Assembly: GCA_002633005.1 (NCBI GenBank)
Contig: NMRA01000615.1
Span: forward strand, 1-64,000
Source of the DNA: Phoronis australis
Lineage: Eukaryota > Animalia > Phoronida
Direction of reading: 5' to 3'
Length of the DNA stretch: 64,000 bases
Below, piece after piece: positions 12,884 through 25,974 of the stretch. A program made the translations under genes and the position numbers. Positions within the stretch are counted from its first letter, which is position 1. Each line of letters opens with the position of its first letter. The notes beneath the pieces are model-generated. The model was not told where the DNA came from and searched no databases. It saw only the letters and a list, made by a program, of their open reading frames with translations.

Positions 12884-15514
12884 GGGCGTAACTTGACATC
12901 CTTGTTATTACTTGCCATCACCTCCGTTCGACCCATATGATTAAAAGCAATTAAGGGGAAAATCTAGTATTGTGCTCTCAATTTCCTATCTCTAAATAAA
13001 ATTTTCAGAATATTATTGTTAGCGCACCATATTTGGCAATAATTGACGGTGTGCAAGTTGTAGGATTCATGAGAATTGTTTGAGTATATTCCCAGAAACG
13101 GTATCAGAGAGCAAGGTCTTTGCATCGAGTTGTGTAGTGCTTCAGGCAAGTTATCTGACTTGAGCCTAGTCACTTTCAATGAAACAGGCTCCAGTTATAC
13201 ATGGGCAGATGATTGTTTCATACAATTATTTTCTTGCTCACATCCCGGCAATGCCATGTTACTATTGAAGACACACTTTGGAATTTGTTTGACCATAAGC
13301 ATTCGGCAGACATCAACTATTTCTACATTTCTTATCAATTAGTTTTCATGGTTGCCCGAAAATACAAGCCCGCTCGCGTAGTGCACATTTCGTAAATGGA
13401 ATAAGATACATCCAAAATATTCAAAATGATTTCCACTGAAAAACGTTGTCTGTTGTTTAGGAAATAAAACTGCCAAATCGTTTTTGAGAGACTGAACGAA
13501 TGGTGTTTGAGACAGGTTTCATGAAACATTTTTGGTGTCATCTTAGACTGGAAGACTACTTAACCAACATGTACAGTAGCCTAAGACTAAGGGTTGTGGT
13601 TCATCCCCGTCACCACGTTGCCTTGAAATCTGGTATGTGGTGAGTGGGTTTATGGTATTTGTTGAACAGTTAACCAGAAAGGATATCAGACAGACGTTTC
13701 TTAGCTCGTTTGCTTTGGCCAATTCAATATAAACTGGAGTAATGTAGGATTACCATGGTTTTGAGGTTGCATAGCTTTTCTCCCGACTGGTACGCCAGTG
13801 TGGGACTCCACTCTTTACTCGTTGTTCATATCAAGAGACGGAGTCAGCATTTGCAGCCACATAATAATACCATTTTTGGTCGAAGTAATACGTTTACTTG
13901 ATGTACACTAAGACGCTGGTAAGAGGCCCCATTCATGATAAGTGACTTCAGACACCTGTGTCCCATGTAAAATAAAACGTGAAAAATAGAAGACAAAAAT
14001 TCTGGCTTAGCTTGGATTCATCAATTCAATTTTCGCCATAACATAGATATATACATGTAGATATGTGTCTGGATCTAAGCACCCAATGGACTAGTTATTG
14101 GCAGAGACTAAACTGCTCCGATATATTCTGGTTCATAAGTATGACGTCCGGGTAACTTAGCAATGAGGACTGGCCCAACCGTTAAGGATAACTCACAAAA
14201 ATTTGCCATTTTTACAATATTTCTCATATGTCCCCATTCTCGGGGATCTTCAAATACCAAATATATTGCGGATAACAAAATGATTTAGCAGAACCACATT
14301 AGAACCGCAGAACTTCTTGGGAAATCGTTTACTACTTATCAGAGGTCGAAGGTTACGGGGCTGTCAATCATCGAATCTGCCGCCAGGCATACATGTATAT
14401 TCAAATTTGCTTTGGAGTGACCTCAATGTAGTCTTAATACCAAACATTTGGGACCTCCATCAGTTGGCTGTTAATGAACTGCTTTTGTTGATATTTTAAC
14501 ATGTTTGCAAGCTAATGGGTCCGAACTAATCTTTCAATTTTCACCTTTGCTGTACGTCATGCCGAAGTTAAAGTGTTTTTAGGTAATATCATGCAAGTGT
14601 ACGATGCTGAAATTGTACTTACTGTTCCGCAATATTTTACAGTAATGTCCCCTAGAATATAATACAGAGCTGACAAAGGAAATAATACAGAAAATTATAG
14701 TTAGTCCTATTATCCTTACCAAAAAGTAAATTTTTAAGAGCGGTTTGGAACCCGTATCCGGACGCGGCCTAGCCGCGTTCGATAGGAAGCTGGTTTCGAT
14801 CAGCACTGTACTTCTCGTTTTACTGTACGTAGATCTCGGTCTTAAGAATTTGTATGTAATGAAAGGTCGGTTATAAATTATCCGTACTTCGGTTTAATTT
14901 AAGAACAGTCTTAAGAGGGCCCAGTCATTAAACCCATCTTTAAACCCTTTTAAATATCGTTTATTCGACCCTATCTCTTCGTCTCGACATTTCCACGGTG
15001 CATGCGCGCACCCAGGGATGGGATTTGCTTTGGGGGCTCGAACGAGCCACTCATTTGGTGAAGTGGGCAAAAAGGTCCGCCTTAGAGAAACAAAAATATG
15101 AAAAGGTAGAACAGGTAGGCAGGAACTACCAAAATTCGGGGAATGCACATGTAACAGAGCAAGTCTCCACTGAGCATCAAAAATGTGTATTTTTTCCTCA
15201 TCAGGCATACATGTACGTTCAGTTCAATTGCACATGATGACGATCAATTTCATGTAGGCAAAGGAAGGAAACACCCTTCTCCTAAGCCTGTCGCTAGCGA
15301 AGTGCCCGACACATACAGTCGCGCCCGCATGCCCACGTAATAAAGGCGCACTGAGACGCAACAAAGATATTAGCATGAGAAAAACTGAAAATTTGCAACT
15401 AAATATGAATAACAATAAGCGTAAAGTTACGAACGTCCCGTCACACACAATTCATAGCAGCTAACGTTTCCCCCTCTTTTTTAGTAAACGGTCCACATTT
15501 CCATAACTTCGAGA

Positions 15515-16440
15515 TCCATTTTCATACCCCCACATATTTATGTGTCGTCATCTACCGGCGTCCGGCGTCAGGTGTCCGCTGTTCTATCTCCAACACCCTT
15601 TGGCGTACATGTACGTTCATGAAATTTTGCACATATGTTTCTTTCATGGATGGGGCGGCATGTACGAATTTTGGGACGGATCTGCTTACCTGTGTGCCCC
15701 CTGGTGGTAATTTTTATTTTTTTACGTTTACCTTTGTATCTTCAAAAGTCCTCAACCGATTTTCATGAACTTTGGCACATACGCCTCTATTAATGAGGTG
15801 AATCCATCCTCCCGTCTTCGGATGGATTCGACGTAGTCTGCACCACCTAGTGGCCATTTTTGTTGTGTTCGAGTGTTTTTGACGCCCACCCCTCTATCAA
15901 CCAAACTGCTCTAAGGATGATTGTGAAAATTAGGTGTATGTTCTTACTATGAACAGGACGGCTGTTGATGGATTTCTGACGATCAACCAAACCATTCTAA
16001 AGATGATTTTGAAAAGTGACGTACAGTATATGTTCTCAGTGTGAAGAGGGCGGTTGACGATGGCGACTTTGACTACCGTGGCACATCCCAGTGGTAGTTT
16101 TGTTTTGTTTTGCGCCCATTGCTGCATCTCCTAAGCCCACAGCAAGATCTCTATGAAATTTAGCTAAAAACAGACGACACTTTCTTTCAGGCAAATCCAA
16201 GGAACGCTGTGTCCCATATTGGCAATTTTATTTTTTTCCGTTTTCCTTTGTTTCTGTGAAGTTCCTTTACAGATTTTTACGAAATGTAATAAAATGATTG
16301 ATGGCATGTTCCCGTTTTCTGATGGATTGAACGTTTTTGTGCCATCTAGTGGCCATTTTTATGAAACAAATAAACAACCCTAGAAGCACAAATTTGCAGT
16401 GCATTCGTAGGCGCATTTCAACACTCCTTGTTGTTCTTGT
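15515..16440 (+). mobile_element. HINE/Helentron-like non-autonomous element with degenerate internal tandem repeats
   Basis: Begins with T-tract and cgtc/ggcgtc microsatellite-like sequence. Recurring motifs include (t)catgaaattt(t/g)gcacata and gccacctagtggc / ccccctggtggt. Confidence 0.5.
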
Positions 16441-16960
16441 TAGGCTGGGTACTCGCATGCGGAGCACATGTACATGTATACTTCTATCTTTGGAGAGAGT
16501 TAGTGCTCCGGCTTGACCAAATGTACATGTACATGTAGTTACTGTATTCTCTCCATGCCATGGGTGCTGAGGCATTGATAGACATAGCTGTTGTGGAATA
16601 GAATCCCCTATCTCTGTTATTCGTGGGGAAGGATGCATTAACCTCTGTTCATGCGTTCAGCTACTGGATCTTCGTATTTGCACCTGTTTGTGTTCACAAA
16701 ATTTCCTCAGTTGGCAGAGTGAATTATGGAATTACTCTTAAGATTTTTCTGAGACTTTTGTGACGCCTGGTCTCCGCTGGCATCTCAGATGTCACAGCCC
16801 TCCCAGTCGATGGCGTGAGTCACTGGCGGAAGTTGACATTTATAGTTCCTCGACTAGAACAAGAAAGTAACTCTTGTTTACATCCCCGGGACTAGAAATT
16901 CTAGAATTTGTTGTAAATTACTCATGTTTTGGATTCAACGACCTCTAACGGAGTGCAATC

Positions 16961-17033
16961 CACGTACATGTCTACCTTCACGTAGTCGCCGTCTTCTGTG
17001 GTCTACTGCTCACGGCACTGCAAGATGTTCAAG
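16961..17033 (+). CDS. Candidate signal-peptide exon of copy B (start codon unresolved)
   Basis: One frame reads HVYLHVVAVFCGLLLTALQDVQ-G and ends at the donor AAG|GTATGA in phase 1. No in-frame ATG follows the upstream TAA. The ATG at 16924 is in another frame. Confidence 0.45.
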
Positions 17034-17248
17034 GTATGAAACTTCAAATCCTACATATAATATATACCCCAATGATTGTATCTTTGCCCAACGTTTTTTT
17101 AAGTAAAATGATGAGAACTTTTTTGTTGTCATATTTCCGTGTTCTCGTGAGCTACATGTAATTGCGCAATATTCGCTGTAGGTTATACGTTTAGAAATGA
17201 AATTATACGCAAGTCTTCTCCTCGAAGTAATGAACTTTTTTGTCAGAG

Positions 17249-17414
17249 TAACTTCGAACATAGCAATACCGAACAGTGCTCACTATGGGAACAAGTTCAT
17301 CTTTAGTTTCCCCATGGGGGGACAGGATGCAATTTCGGGCCAAGGGCTGCTGCGGCTGCATATGACAAGCACTGAACGTGTCAGAGTCAATGTTAAAAAG
17401 AAGACGGCACGAGC
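17249..17414 (+). CDS. Copy B exon 2 (start of IgGFc-binding domain)
   Basis: Encodes IPNSAHYGNKFIFSFPMGGQD...LLRLHMTSTERVRVNVKKKT with donor GC|GTGAGG. Aligns with 47324-47483. The exact acceptor (17247, 17249 or 17264) is uncertain. Confidence 0.8.
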
Positions 17415-17849
17415 GTGAGGCTTCAAGTTTCATTTTTTCCTTGACGGATTCTCAAATTGCATTTTAAACAAACTACTTTAGGATGCGGTTAATCCTGTTT
17501 CACATAAAAGACTTTCGACTTCTTTGGCCGTAAGTCTGACTTGCGCCTGTTGTAAATGTCTCACTAACGAAACATGTCTACGTTTTGGTCATAACTCCAC
17601 ACCCTTTTTGACATGAGTGGCTACTCCACCAAAATGCACGGAGCATGAGTTATTTCCACTTAAATTGAGTACGTTACTAGGGGACTTTTCATGCAGGCTT
17701 TAATCTACATGTAAATCAATGAGAGCCCCGACTCAGATTTGCTGGATATAAATTGAGTTACTAGATTGAGGCTCATGAATATAAATACAGAAGAATAAAT
17801 AGCAGTGTCAGCCTCTCCCCTTGTTTGATTAGTTGAAATTCTCTAATAG

Positions 17850-19775
17850 GCGCTGCGTATTTATACTATATGTGTGTTATATTGCCGTCATCTCTGTCTG
17901 GGCGTACGGCGATCTTGAAGATTTGGCACTTGGCTGATGTATTCCTGTGGAGCTGACGTGGGATGACGACGAATTTCGGACGGATCCGGCTACTGCTGTG
18001 CCCTCTAGTGAAAACTTTATTTTTTTACGTTTACCTCTGTATCTTGAAATGTCCCTAAAGGAATTTTATGGAACTTGGCGCATAGGCATCGATTACTAAG
18101 TTGACGCTATCCTTCCGTTTTCGGGTGGATTCGAGGTATTTTGCGCCATGTTTTTACTTGTTTTTGAGTCTGGCTTATAGCGCCCTCCCCTCTCTCAACC
18201 AAATCACCTTAAGGATGACTGTGGAAATTAGCATAATGTTCTTAATGTATCGAGAGCGGTAGACGATGGTTTCCCGAAGACTTCAACTACTGTGGCACCT
18301 CCTAGTGGCAGTTATTTTTCGCATCCAAAGTTCATCTCCTAAGCCTCCAACAGGATCTTGACTAGATTTGGCAGATATTTTTCAATGAAGTTGACGACAT
18401 ATGAAGACTAATTTCGGACGGATCCGACTACTGGTGTATCCCCTTGTGACATTTTTTTTGAATCGTTTACCTGTGTATCTTCAAAATCCTCAACATATTT
18501 TCATGAAATTTCAATTGGCACGTGGGCAGGTTAGGGACGTGGCGCCGTCTTTTTGTTTTCGGACGGATTCAAGGTATTTTGTGCCACTTACATGTACATG
18601 TACTGTTGTGGCATTTTTGCTGTTTTCGAATCTGTTTTTGCCACCGCCCCGGTATCAACCAAACCACCCTAAGGATGATTGTGAAAATTGGCATACACAG
18701 TACGTTCTTAGTAAGAAGAGACGGCTGATGATAATTTTACGACGAGTCTGACACCTGTGACTCGTCTCTATGGCAGCTTTGTTTTTGCGCCCGTAACTGT
18801 ACATGTATCTCTTAAGCCCACAGCTAAATCTTCATTAAATTGAGTACAGTAAATGTATACACGAAGTTGACAACGGACGACGACGACTTTTTTACGGATC
18901 CAGCGAACACTGAACCCCCTTGTGGCAATTTAATTTCGTTCTCCTTTATTTCTGTGAAGCTCCTGGACCAATTTTTATGCAATCTGGTAAATAGATTTCT
19001 ATTAAAGTAACGATGACATGTTCGGAAGGATTTGACGTATTTTGCGCCGACTAAACATAATTTTTACTGTTTTCGATCTTGTTTTTTGCCATGTGCCCTT
19101 GTTTCGCTAAACCCCTGTAAGGTTAATGAAAATTGACAAATGTGTTCCTACTGAGAACAGGATGGCTTACGATGATCTTCAGATGGTTCCAACAACAGTG
19201 GTTTGTCTTAGTGGCATTTTTGTTGTGTCCGTGGCCGAATCTCCTAAACCCTTTGCAGGACCTTTGTTAAGTTTTTTACTGTCTTCTTCGGTATGACATG
19301 GATTTGACGTAGTACACGCCCTTCAGAGGTTATTTTAATTATGTTTGACTTTGTATTAAGCGAAACCGCTCATAATACGAGAATTATGAAGTTTGTCATA
19401 TATGTTCATATTGGGAAGAGGACAGCTGACCATAATTTTTTAATGGCGCCGATTACTGTGGTGCTTCCTAGTGCATATTTTGCGTCTGTAACTGTGGTTT
19501 CTAGTGGCAATTCGCCTTGCGTTTGAATCTTTTAGATGGATTGGCAAATAGCTTTGGGACACGACGACACCTTGCCATTTTTTGGATGGCCAATTTCACG
19601 ATACTACGTAAATACACCCCTAGAAAACCACTGTGTGGGGTGCGGTGGTGGGTGCATTTCAACGGTTCGCGCTGCTGGTGTTTTAAACTTTCGACATAAA
19701 CTGATATCAGCGGAAGCCACTGGCTTTGTCTTAGCACTGGAGCACGCCGTCCTTGCTCATCCGTTGATATTTCAA
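17850..19775 (+). mobile_element. Second HINE-like element with degenerate tandem repeats (intron of copy B)
   Basis: Shares blocks with 15515-16440, such as ttttttacgtttacct.tgtatctt, ggatgattgtgaaaatt, ctagtggca and atctcctaagccc, repeated several times. Confidence 0.55.
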
Positions 19776-20905
19776 AAGGTTTGTGTATGCCTAACATTGT
19801 ACCAAATTGCAAGAAGTTGTCACAAAGGTCTCAATTTCTACAAATCTACATGTATCCGCGCTAGTCTAAGTTTGCGAGACCCAAAACATAACGCATGCAC
19901 GTGGGGCAAAAATTTCGCATAGGAATGGAAAGGCTTTATTTCAATCCGGCAATTCAGCATTCCAACCTCAGGGGAACAGAACAGTTCTGACTTGGTTTTG
20001 CCTCACAGAACACACACCGGTGGGCTTGTCACCTTTTCGTTGCTCTGTCGAAAACCTTATGCCTCATATCTTTCACATCAAATGCTGTACATGTGAATAT
20101 TTTTGGCTCTATTGAAGAGCAAGGGATGATAAGAAAAAGGGGCAAAATCAGAAATTAGCACTTATCGCTTCAAAACCACTACGGCCTGCCGATGCGCCAT
20201 ATAAGAATTAGATTCCGAAAGCAAACTTTCTACAGATGCCTAAAGTGGCCACAAAGTGCTGTCAGCTAACTATTTTTACAATGCTGGCTTAAACTTGCAA
20301 CCGATTTCTCTGTCGCTGCTCCGCAATGCCTATAACATGTATGCAGCAGGAGGCGCCATCTTGATGAACAATGCATCTACAGCCGTACTAGTGATATTGT
20401 CTCATTTGCAATATGTCAAATACAAACAAACCAGAATGCGATTCACTGAGCCTGCATGCAACGTCTACCTAAAAACTGACCCTAACTGTGGCCTACCCCT
20501 AGATCCTAATTTTTGGACCGGTGCTGCATCTTGTCCGCGGTTGCAGACCGACTGTTCAGTGCTAGCTCACTGACTAATCATCTCCAGTGGGTTATTGCAC
20601 AGCGGTTAACGGGCTTGAAAAAGAAACAATTTCATGCTCAAAAGGTAAAACGACAAAATGGCGTTTCAAGGTCACGAAAAAATCATTTAAACCCTCATTA
20701 ACAATGGTTCGTCTTCGTATTACTATGATCATTTTTCTTATTATTATCGTTATTGTTATGATCATCATTATTATTATTAATGTTTGTATTATGTAAAAAT
20801 GAAGGTGATATTGGAGGTGACATATGACGTTTATGATGATGTTGATGACGACAGTGATAATGGTGACGGCATAGTTTAACTGCTTTAACGATGTCGTCTT
20901 GATAG

Positions 20906-21061
20906 TCAGCGGGCTGAGAGAGTGGTTGTTGAGCCCTACAGAGAGACGATCCATCCAGTCAAGCTCGAATCAAGTGAACAGAGACTGTATACCATTCATT
21001 ATGATGCGATAGTAGTAGAGACGGAGGACGGAAAGAAAATCGCGCTTTATGCCATGAACAC
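20906..21061 (+). CDS. Copy B exon 3 (first copy)
   Basis: 156 nt, phase 2/2, acceptor ttgatAG, donor AC|GTACGT. Encodes QRAERVVVEPYRETIHPVKLESSEQRLYTIHYDAIVVETEDGKKIALYAMNT and aligns with 50490-50645 at the same length. Not in the ORF track. Confidence 0.85.
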
Positions 21062-21230
21062 GTACGTACAACTATAAGTAGGTAACACGTGGCGTGTATT
21101 CTACATACTTTTGTTATAACAACAGCACTATAAAACGCATTATACCACAATATTAGAGTCAAATGGAAGATAAAACCGTGTAATAACCCATAAAGTTATC
21201 TCACTAGTGAGATAACGATTTGGCGGGAAA

Positions 21231-21299
21231 CCGAGGACGGTGTCGAACCCGGCACCTTGGTATTGCTGATCGCCAACTTTAACCACTACACCACGCAGC
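21231..21299 (-). mobile_element. tRNA-derived SINE head
   Basis: Minus strand reads GCGTGGTGTAGTGGTTAAAG...GCCGGGTTCGACACC, with box A and box B. Confidence 0.6.
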
Positions 21300-22152
21300 G
21301 AATGACGTCTTCACGAGTGAAAATAGAATACCTAAATGAGCACGCGCAATAATCGCACGTTCATCAAACCGCATTGTACTGTACTTGTACGCTACGAAAA
21401 ATAAGACACATAATTTCCATAAAAATGATATCTTAATTCAGTGAATTTTTTCTCTCATGTCCTCTTACTTGTAAATCACCGATCTCCAGTTTGAATGCGG
21501 GTATCGTGTCGTCAGGATCTTTGACTTGAGAATTATATTCAGTTACCAGTGGTAACCTACTTTAGCAGACGATAATTTCCCNCATGTATGCAGCAGGAGG
21601 CGCCATCTTGATGAACAGTGCATCTACAGCCGTACTAGTGATATTGTCTCATTTGCAACATGTCAAATACAAACAAACCAGAATGCGATTAACTGAGCCT
21701 GCATGCAACGTCTACCTAAAAACTGACCCTAACTGTGGCCTACCCCTAGATCCTAATTTTTGGACCGGTGCTGCATCTTGTCCGCGGCTGCAGACCGACT
21801 GTTCAGTGCTAGCTCACTGACTAATCATCTCCAGTGGGTTATTGCACAGCCGTTAACGGGCTTGAAAAAGAAACAATTTCATGCTCAAAAGGTAAAACGA
21901 CAAAATGGCGTTTCAAGGTCACGAAAAAATCATTTAAACCCTCATTAACAATGGTTCGTCTTCGTATTACTATGATCATTGTTCTTATTATTATCGTTAT
22001 TGTTATGATCATCATTATTATTATTAATATTTGTATTATGTAAAAATGAAGGTGATATTGGAGGTGACATATGACGTTTATGATGATGTTGATGACGACA
22101 GTGATAATGGTGACGGCATAGTTTAACTGCTTTAACGATGTCGTCTTGATAG

Positions 22153-22308
22153 TCAACGGGCTGAGAGAGTGGTCGTTGAGCCCTACAGAGAGACGATCCA
22201 TCCAGTCAAACTCGAATCAAGTGAACAGAGACTGTACACCATTCATTATGATGCGATAGTAGTAGAGACGGAGGACGGAAAGAAAATCGCGCTTTATGCC
22301 ATGAACAC
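22153..22308 (+). CDS. Copy B exon 3 (duplicate copy)
   Basis: Encodes the same peptide as 20906-21061, with 4 synonymous differences and intact splice sites. Confidence 0.8.
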
Positions 22309-25300
22309 GTACGTACAACTATAAGTAGGTAACACGTGGCGTGTATTCTACATACTTTTGTTATAACAACAGCACTATAAAACGCATTACAAGTCTTCTT
22401 TAATATGAAGCTTGCGTCTAGGAATACTTGCTAAGAGATCTTGAAATCTCACAACTACATGTAGCTGACTGTCACTTCAGATGCATGGTTGTATAGCGGT
22501 AAAAACGCTGTGGAGCATCATTTTTGGTGCCCCACAGTGTTTTTACCGCCTTCATCATTCACAAACTTGCAGCATGCTGTTTGCAGCTTCAAACGAGGTT
22601 CTGTTTGTGATGTACATGTAATTACAGCGCCAATGCTTGATCACCGCTCTTATATCAACCGATGCTGCAAAGTTCGAAGTACTTAGTGCACGCGGTTACA
22701 GTGGCTTTGAGAAACGACGTTTGACTGTGACCGTTAAAGTGGAACTTGCACGCTAATTCCTTATCTCTGTGATTGTTTGGTCAAATTAGTTAGAAACACA
22801 AGATATAGCGTCAATGTGAATTTGAAGTACGTTGAAAACTGAGAAATGTTTGAAGAACGAGTTTTGTGTCCAAAATGATCCGCCGTTAATCACTCAACCA
22901 TGTTCAGTAAGTATAGTGACATAGTGTTGGCGAATAACACTGTATGATGCGGGCTATGTGAGTCCCCAAGGTACGTCATTACTGTAAAGGTCACATGTGC
23001 AGAATTTTTTATTTTCAAATTAACAAGTTGTCAATGAAAACAGTTGCATTTTGTTCATAGTACATGTAGATGATGTTCAAATAGCATTGTCGTTTAGTTC
23101 ATGCTATACATTAGCATAGTTAGGAGCACGAAAATACACCTTTAAAACAGCATTGATCACGCTTTACCTCCAGTAATCCACGTTTTAGTTACAAATATCA
23201 CACTTAAAATGTAGGAGCTCAGGTGCATACCACACGAGGTCACCGCTGTCTGAAATCAATTTTACGTAATGAGTTAAGAGTGACTGCATGGAGAAATCCG
23301 GCAAAATGCAGTAATCAAGGACCTTGAATCGTCACGAATTTTGAAATTGGTGTCGCGTTATTATCTCTTAGGTTCACCTTAATCGTAAAAAAATAAAATT
23401 TGTCGCGTCAGGACTCTCTTCATGAAAACAAAAAAACAAGCAATTACATGTAGTTACCACACTTTCTCAGAAGACAAGTTTCAGGTTTAACAAAAGCCTT
23501 TAAAACATATCTGGACAAAAATAAATACACCACAACACAGACCAAAGCTCACGCACATCACCGTGTTTTAGTGATTTTATGTTTTGCTTTCGCTTACTAC
23601 TTCCACTGACTGTGAGCCCAAACTGGTGAAGATCAACCCAGAGTTCTCGTCAAAATCCTACGCAATATGAATAGAATAGAATAAAATTATGAAATGCACG
23701 GATACCAATTTCAGCCCTAGTTTCATTGCCGTGGATCCGGGATTTTTTCGTCCACAGTAAACAATTCTTGTGAAGGCAGTTAGCGCTGTTTTCTGGAGAT
23801 AAAGAATCTCAAAATTGTGTGCATCCCTGAGCCGTTAGAGTTTCAATACTTAACAAATTTCAAAGCTTTTGTTAAGAAAATGACAAAAGGTTGTGGTTTT
23901 GTGACAGCTTTTGCATAGTTATGAGCGTGGATTATTAAATTTTCATGGAAGTTCTGGCCCAGCAAACCTCGGTTGCATTCCAATGGCGGACTATCCTCAG
24001 GTTCGTTGCGCGTTCCATGACCACAAAGACACACCGCGCTGCTTCTTCATGTTGAGAAACTTGTTGAGTTGTTACCTATGTTCAGTTGCATAAGAAGCGT
24101 GGGGCAGGATCTCAAGAACCATCCATCTGAACGGTGACGTCAAAGAGGCAACTGACACAGGTGATCGTGCTCTATCGGATCAGTCTGTACTGGTAGTTCG
24201 CAGCAGTTGCTTAAAATTGATAAAATTGGAGACATCTTCCATCAGATTTTATCTCTAAAATGTAAAAGGCCAATTATACAAAAATCGTTAATTTTTCAAA
24301 ACTAAGAATACGTCTGTAATTTATCATTCCCCCTACATGTACATGTAGGTGTACAATTAAGTTATGCCTAAATAATCTGTGTTACGTCACGCTTACAATT
24401 TTGCCTGATGCTCTCGTGTGCTCGTTCTTAATGCATTCACGTCCTAAGGACCATAGATGTCTCCCCATGATTTCACACACTAACATGGTCTCACTAAGGG
24501 CACCCCTATACATGTACATGTACATGTATGAGGATGGTCTGGTTCAGTCCGTGCGCGAAATGTTCAAATGCGACAGAGCAATTACTGACCCAGGTGAATG
24601 CCGGTCTGGAGATCTCACTACTATCTACAGTTTGATGTTTTTAACCAGTTCGTATGTCAGTTTACTAGAGCGGGGGACTCTTGAGGGTCTAATCAATGTC
24701 GAACCTACAGTAGCGAGACTCGAGAAACATGCAAATTCAGATGAATTTGTAAGATGATTGTGTAAATGTGCTTTACAGTCGTTAGTGGTTGAATGCACTA
24801 TTGAGCCCAGCCCAAGTTTTATCAATGTTGAGATGACTTTGGATGTACATGTGAACAGTAAAAACTTACGTTCTTTTGTATACTAAAAAGTAAAATGCTT
24901 GAAATGCAGAATTGCGTTTTACATTTTTGGTGCCTAGTTCTTATTTAACAGTAGCGTAAAGCACACCAGGGTGTCGTCATCACCGTAAAGTTCATCAGTT
25001 GCATGAAACAGTCTCAAATATGAATTCACTTACTCCCCTATATCGTCTGAACAATTATGCCTTTGCTTACTCACAAATGATACGTTTTTCTGTCGTTTTA
25101 CCTTTGTCATGAGCTCCTCTTTGACTAATAATACTTTCTAATTATATAAATTGAGACCCTAATTTATTGAAATTAGTACGGTATTATAGCTTACATTAGG
25201 AGTGAAGCATGAAAAGATCCCTAGTTATTTCCAAATAATACGTGAAACTGTGTCATACTGTTGCACTATGTGACTGACATTAGTGTACGCCAGAACGATA

Positions 25301-25682
25301 TGTAAATACATGCACGTGTGTCGGTCAGCTCGTGAGAACACGTAGAGTTCTCTGTGTTTTGTGGTCCGTGCACATGTCTGCAGACCACTTACTCTTTTAA
25401 ACCGCGGGTACACGTACATGGACATCAGAGCGGATCAGTTATTCAAATACTCGAATGATCCATTCAAATACACGTAACTGAGACACGGATTTCAGGGAAA
25501 CAGTGAGCACGAGAATAGGATTTCTCAAATTCTGCTGTCAAACCGGATGTTGAATTGGCAACAACTAATTATGCTTACCCGCGATGTGTTACAATGTTAC
25601 CTCTTGATATTTTCATACGTAATGTATATACAGTAATAACGTACAGTATTTACAAGGATCGATTATAACGTTCTTGTTACAG

Positions 25683-25974
25683 ACCAGAAAATGGAGGATC
25701 GGAAGGATTCGTCGTATTGCCGGTAGTTGGGCTGGGTATTTACTATTCATTTGGCTTCTGGTCCCAGCCCAAAGCCGAAACAAAATATCGATTAACATCG
25801 CGCGCCACAATTGTATCGGATCATGTGAAAACGGGAAAAGTTAACAAAATCGTGATTGTCACGCCATCTGTTGAAACGCAGGACAGCGACTGGATAAACC
25901 CGCCTGATCCATCATCACGATTCCAGGAAATCTATCCGGGTGATAGGATTTACGTTGACTTACCACCTTATGGA
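25683..25974 (+). CDS. Copy B exon 4
   Basis: Acceptor ttgttacAG (phase 2), donor GGA|GTAAGT (phase 0). Encodes PENGGSEGFVVLPVVGLGIYYSFGFW...VDLPPYG. The S.GF.VLP...LG..Y motif is typical of the IgGFc-binding N-terminal domain. Confidence 0.88.

Larger units (their letters stand above)
20336..22389 (+). repeat. ~805-bp direct duplication (20336-21141 / 21583-22388) containing exon 3
   Basis: The two copies are nearly identical, 1247 bp apart. The second copy starts immediately after a single N at 21582. Confidence 0.9.

Noticed and set aside
20587-20954. Hydrophobic Ile-rich ORFs resembling membrane proteins (also 21834-22201)
   Set aside because: They are translations of degenerate (ATT/ATG)n microsatellite in an intron.
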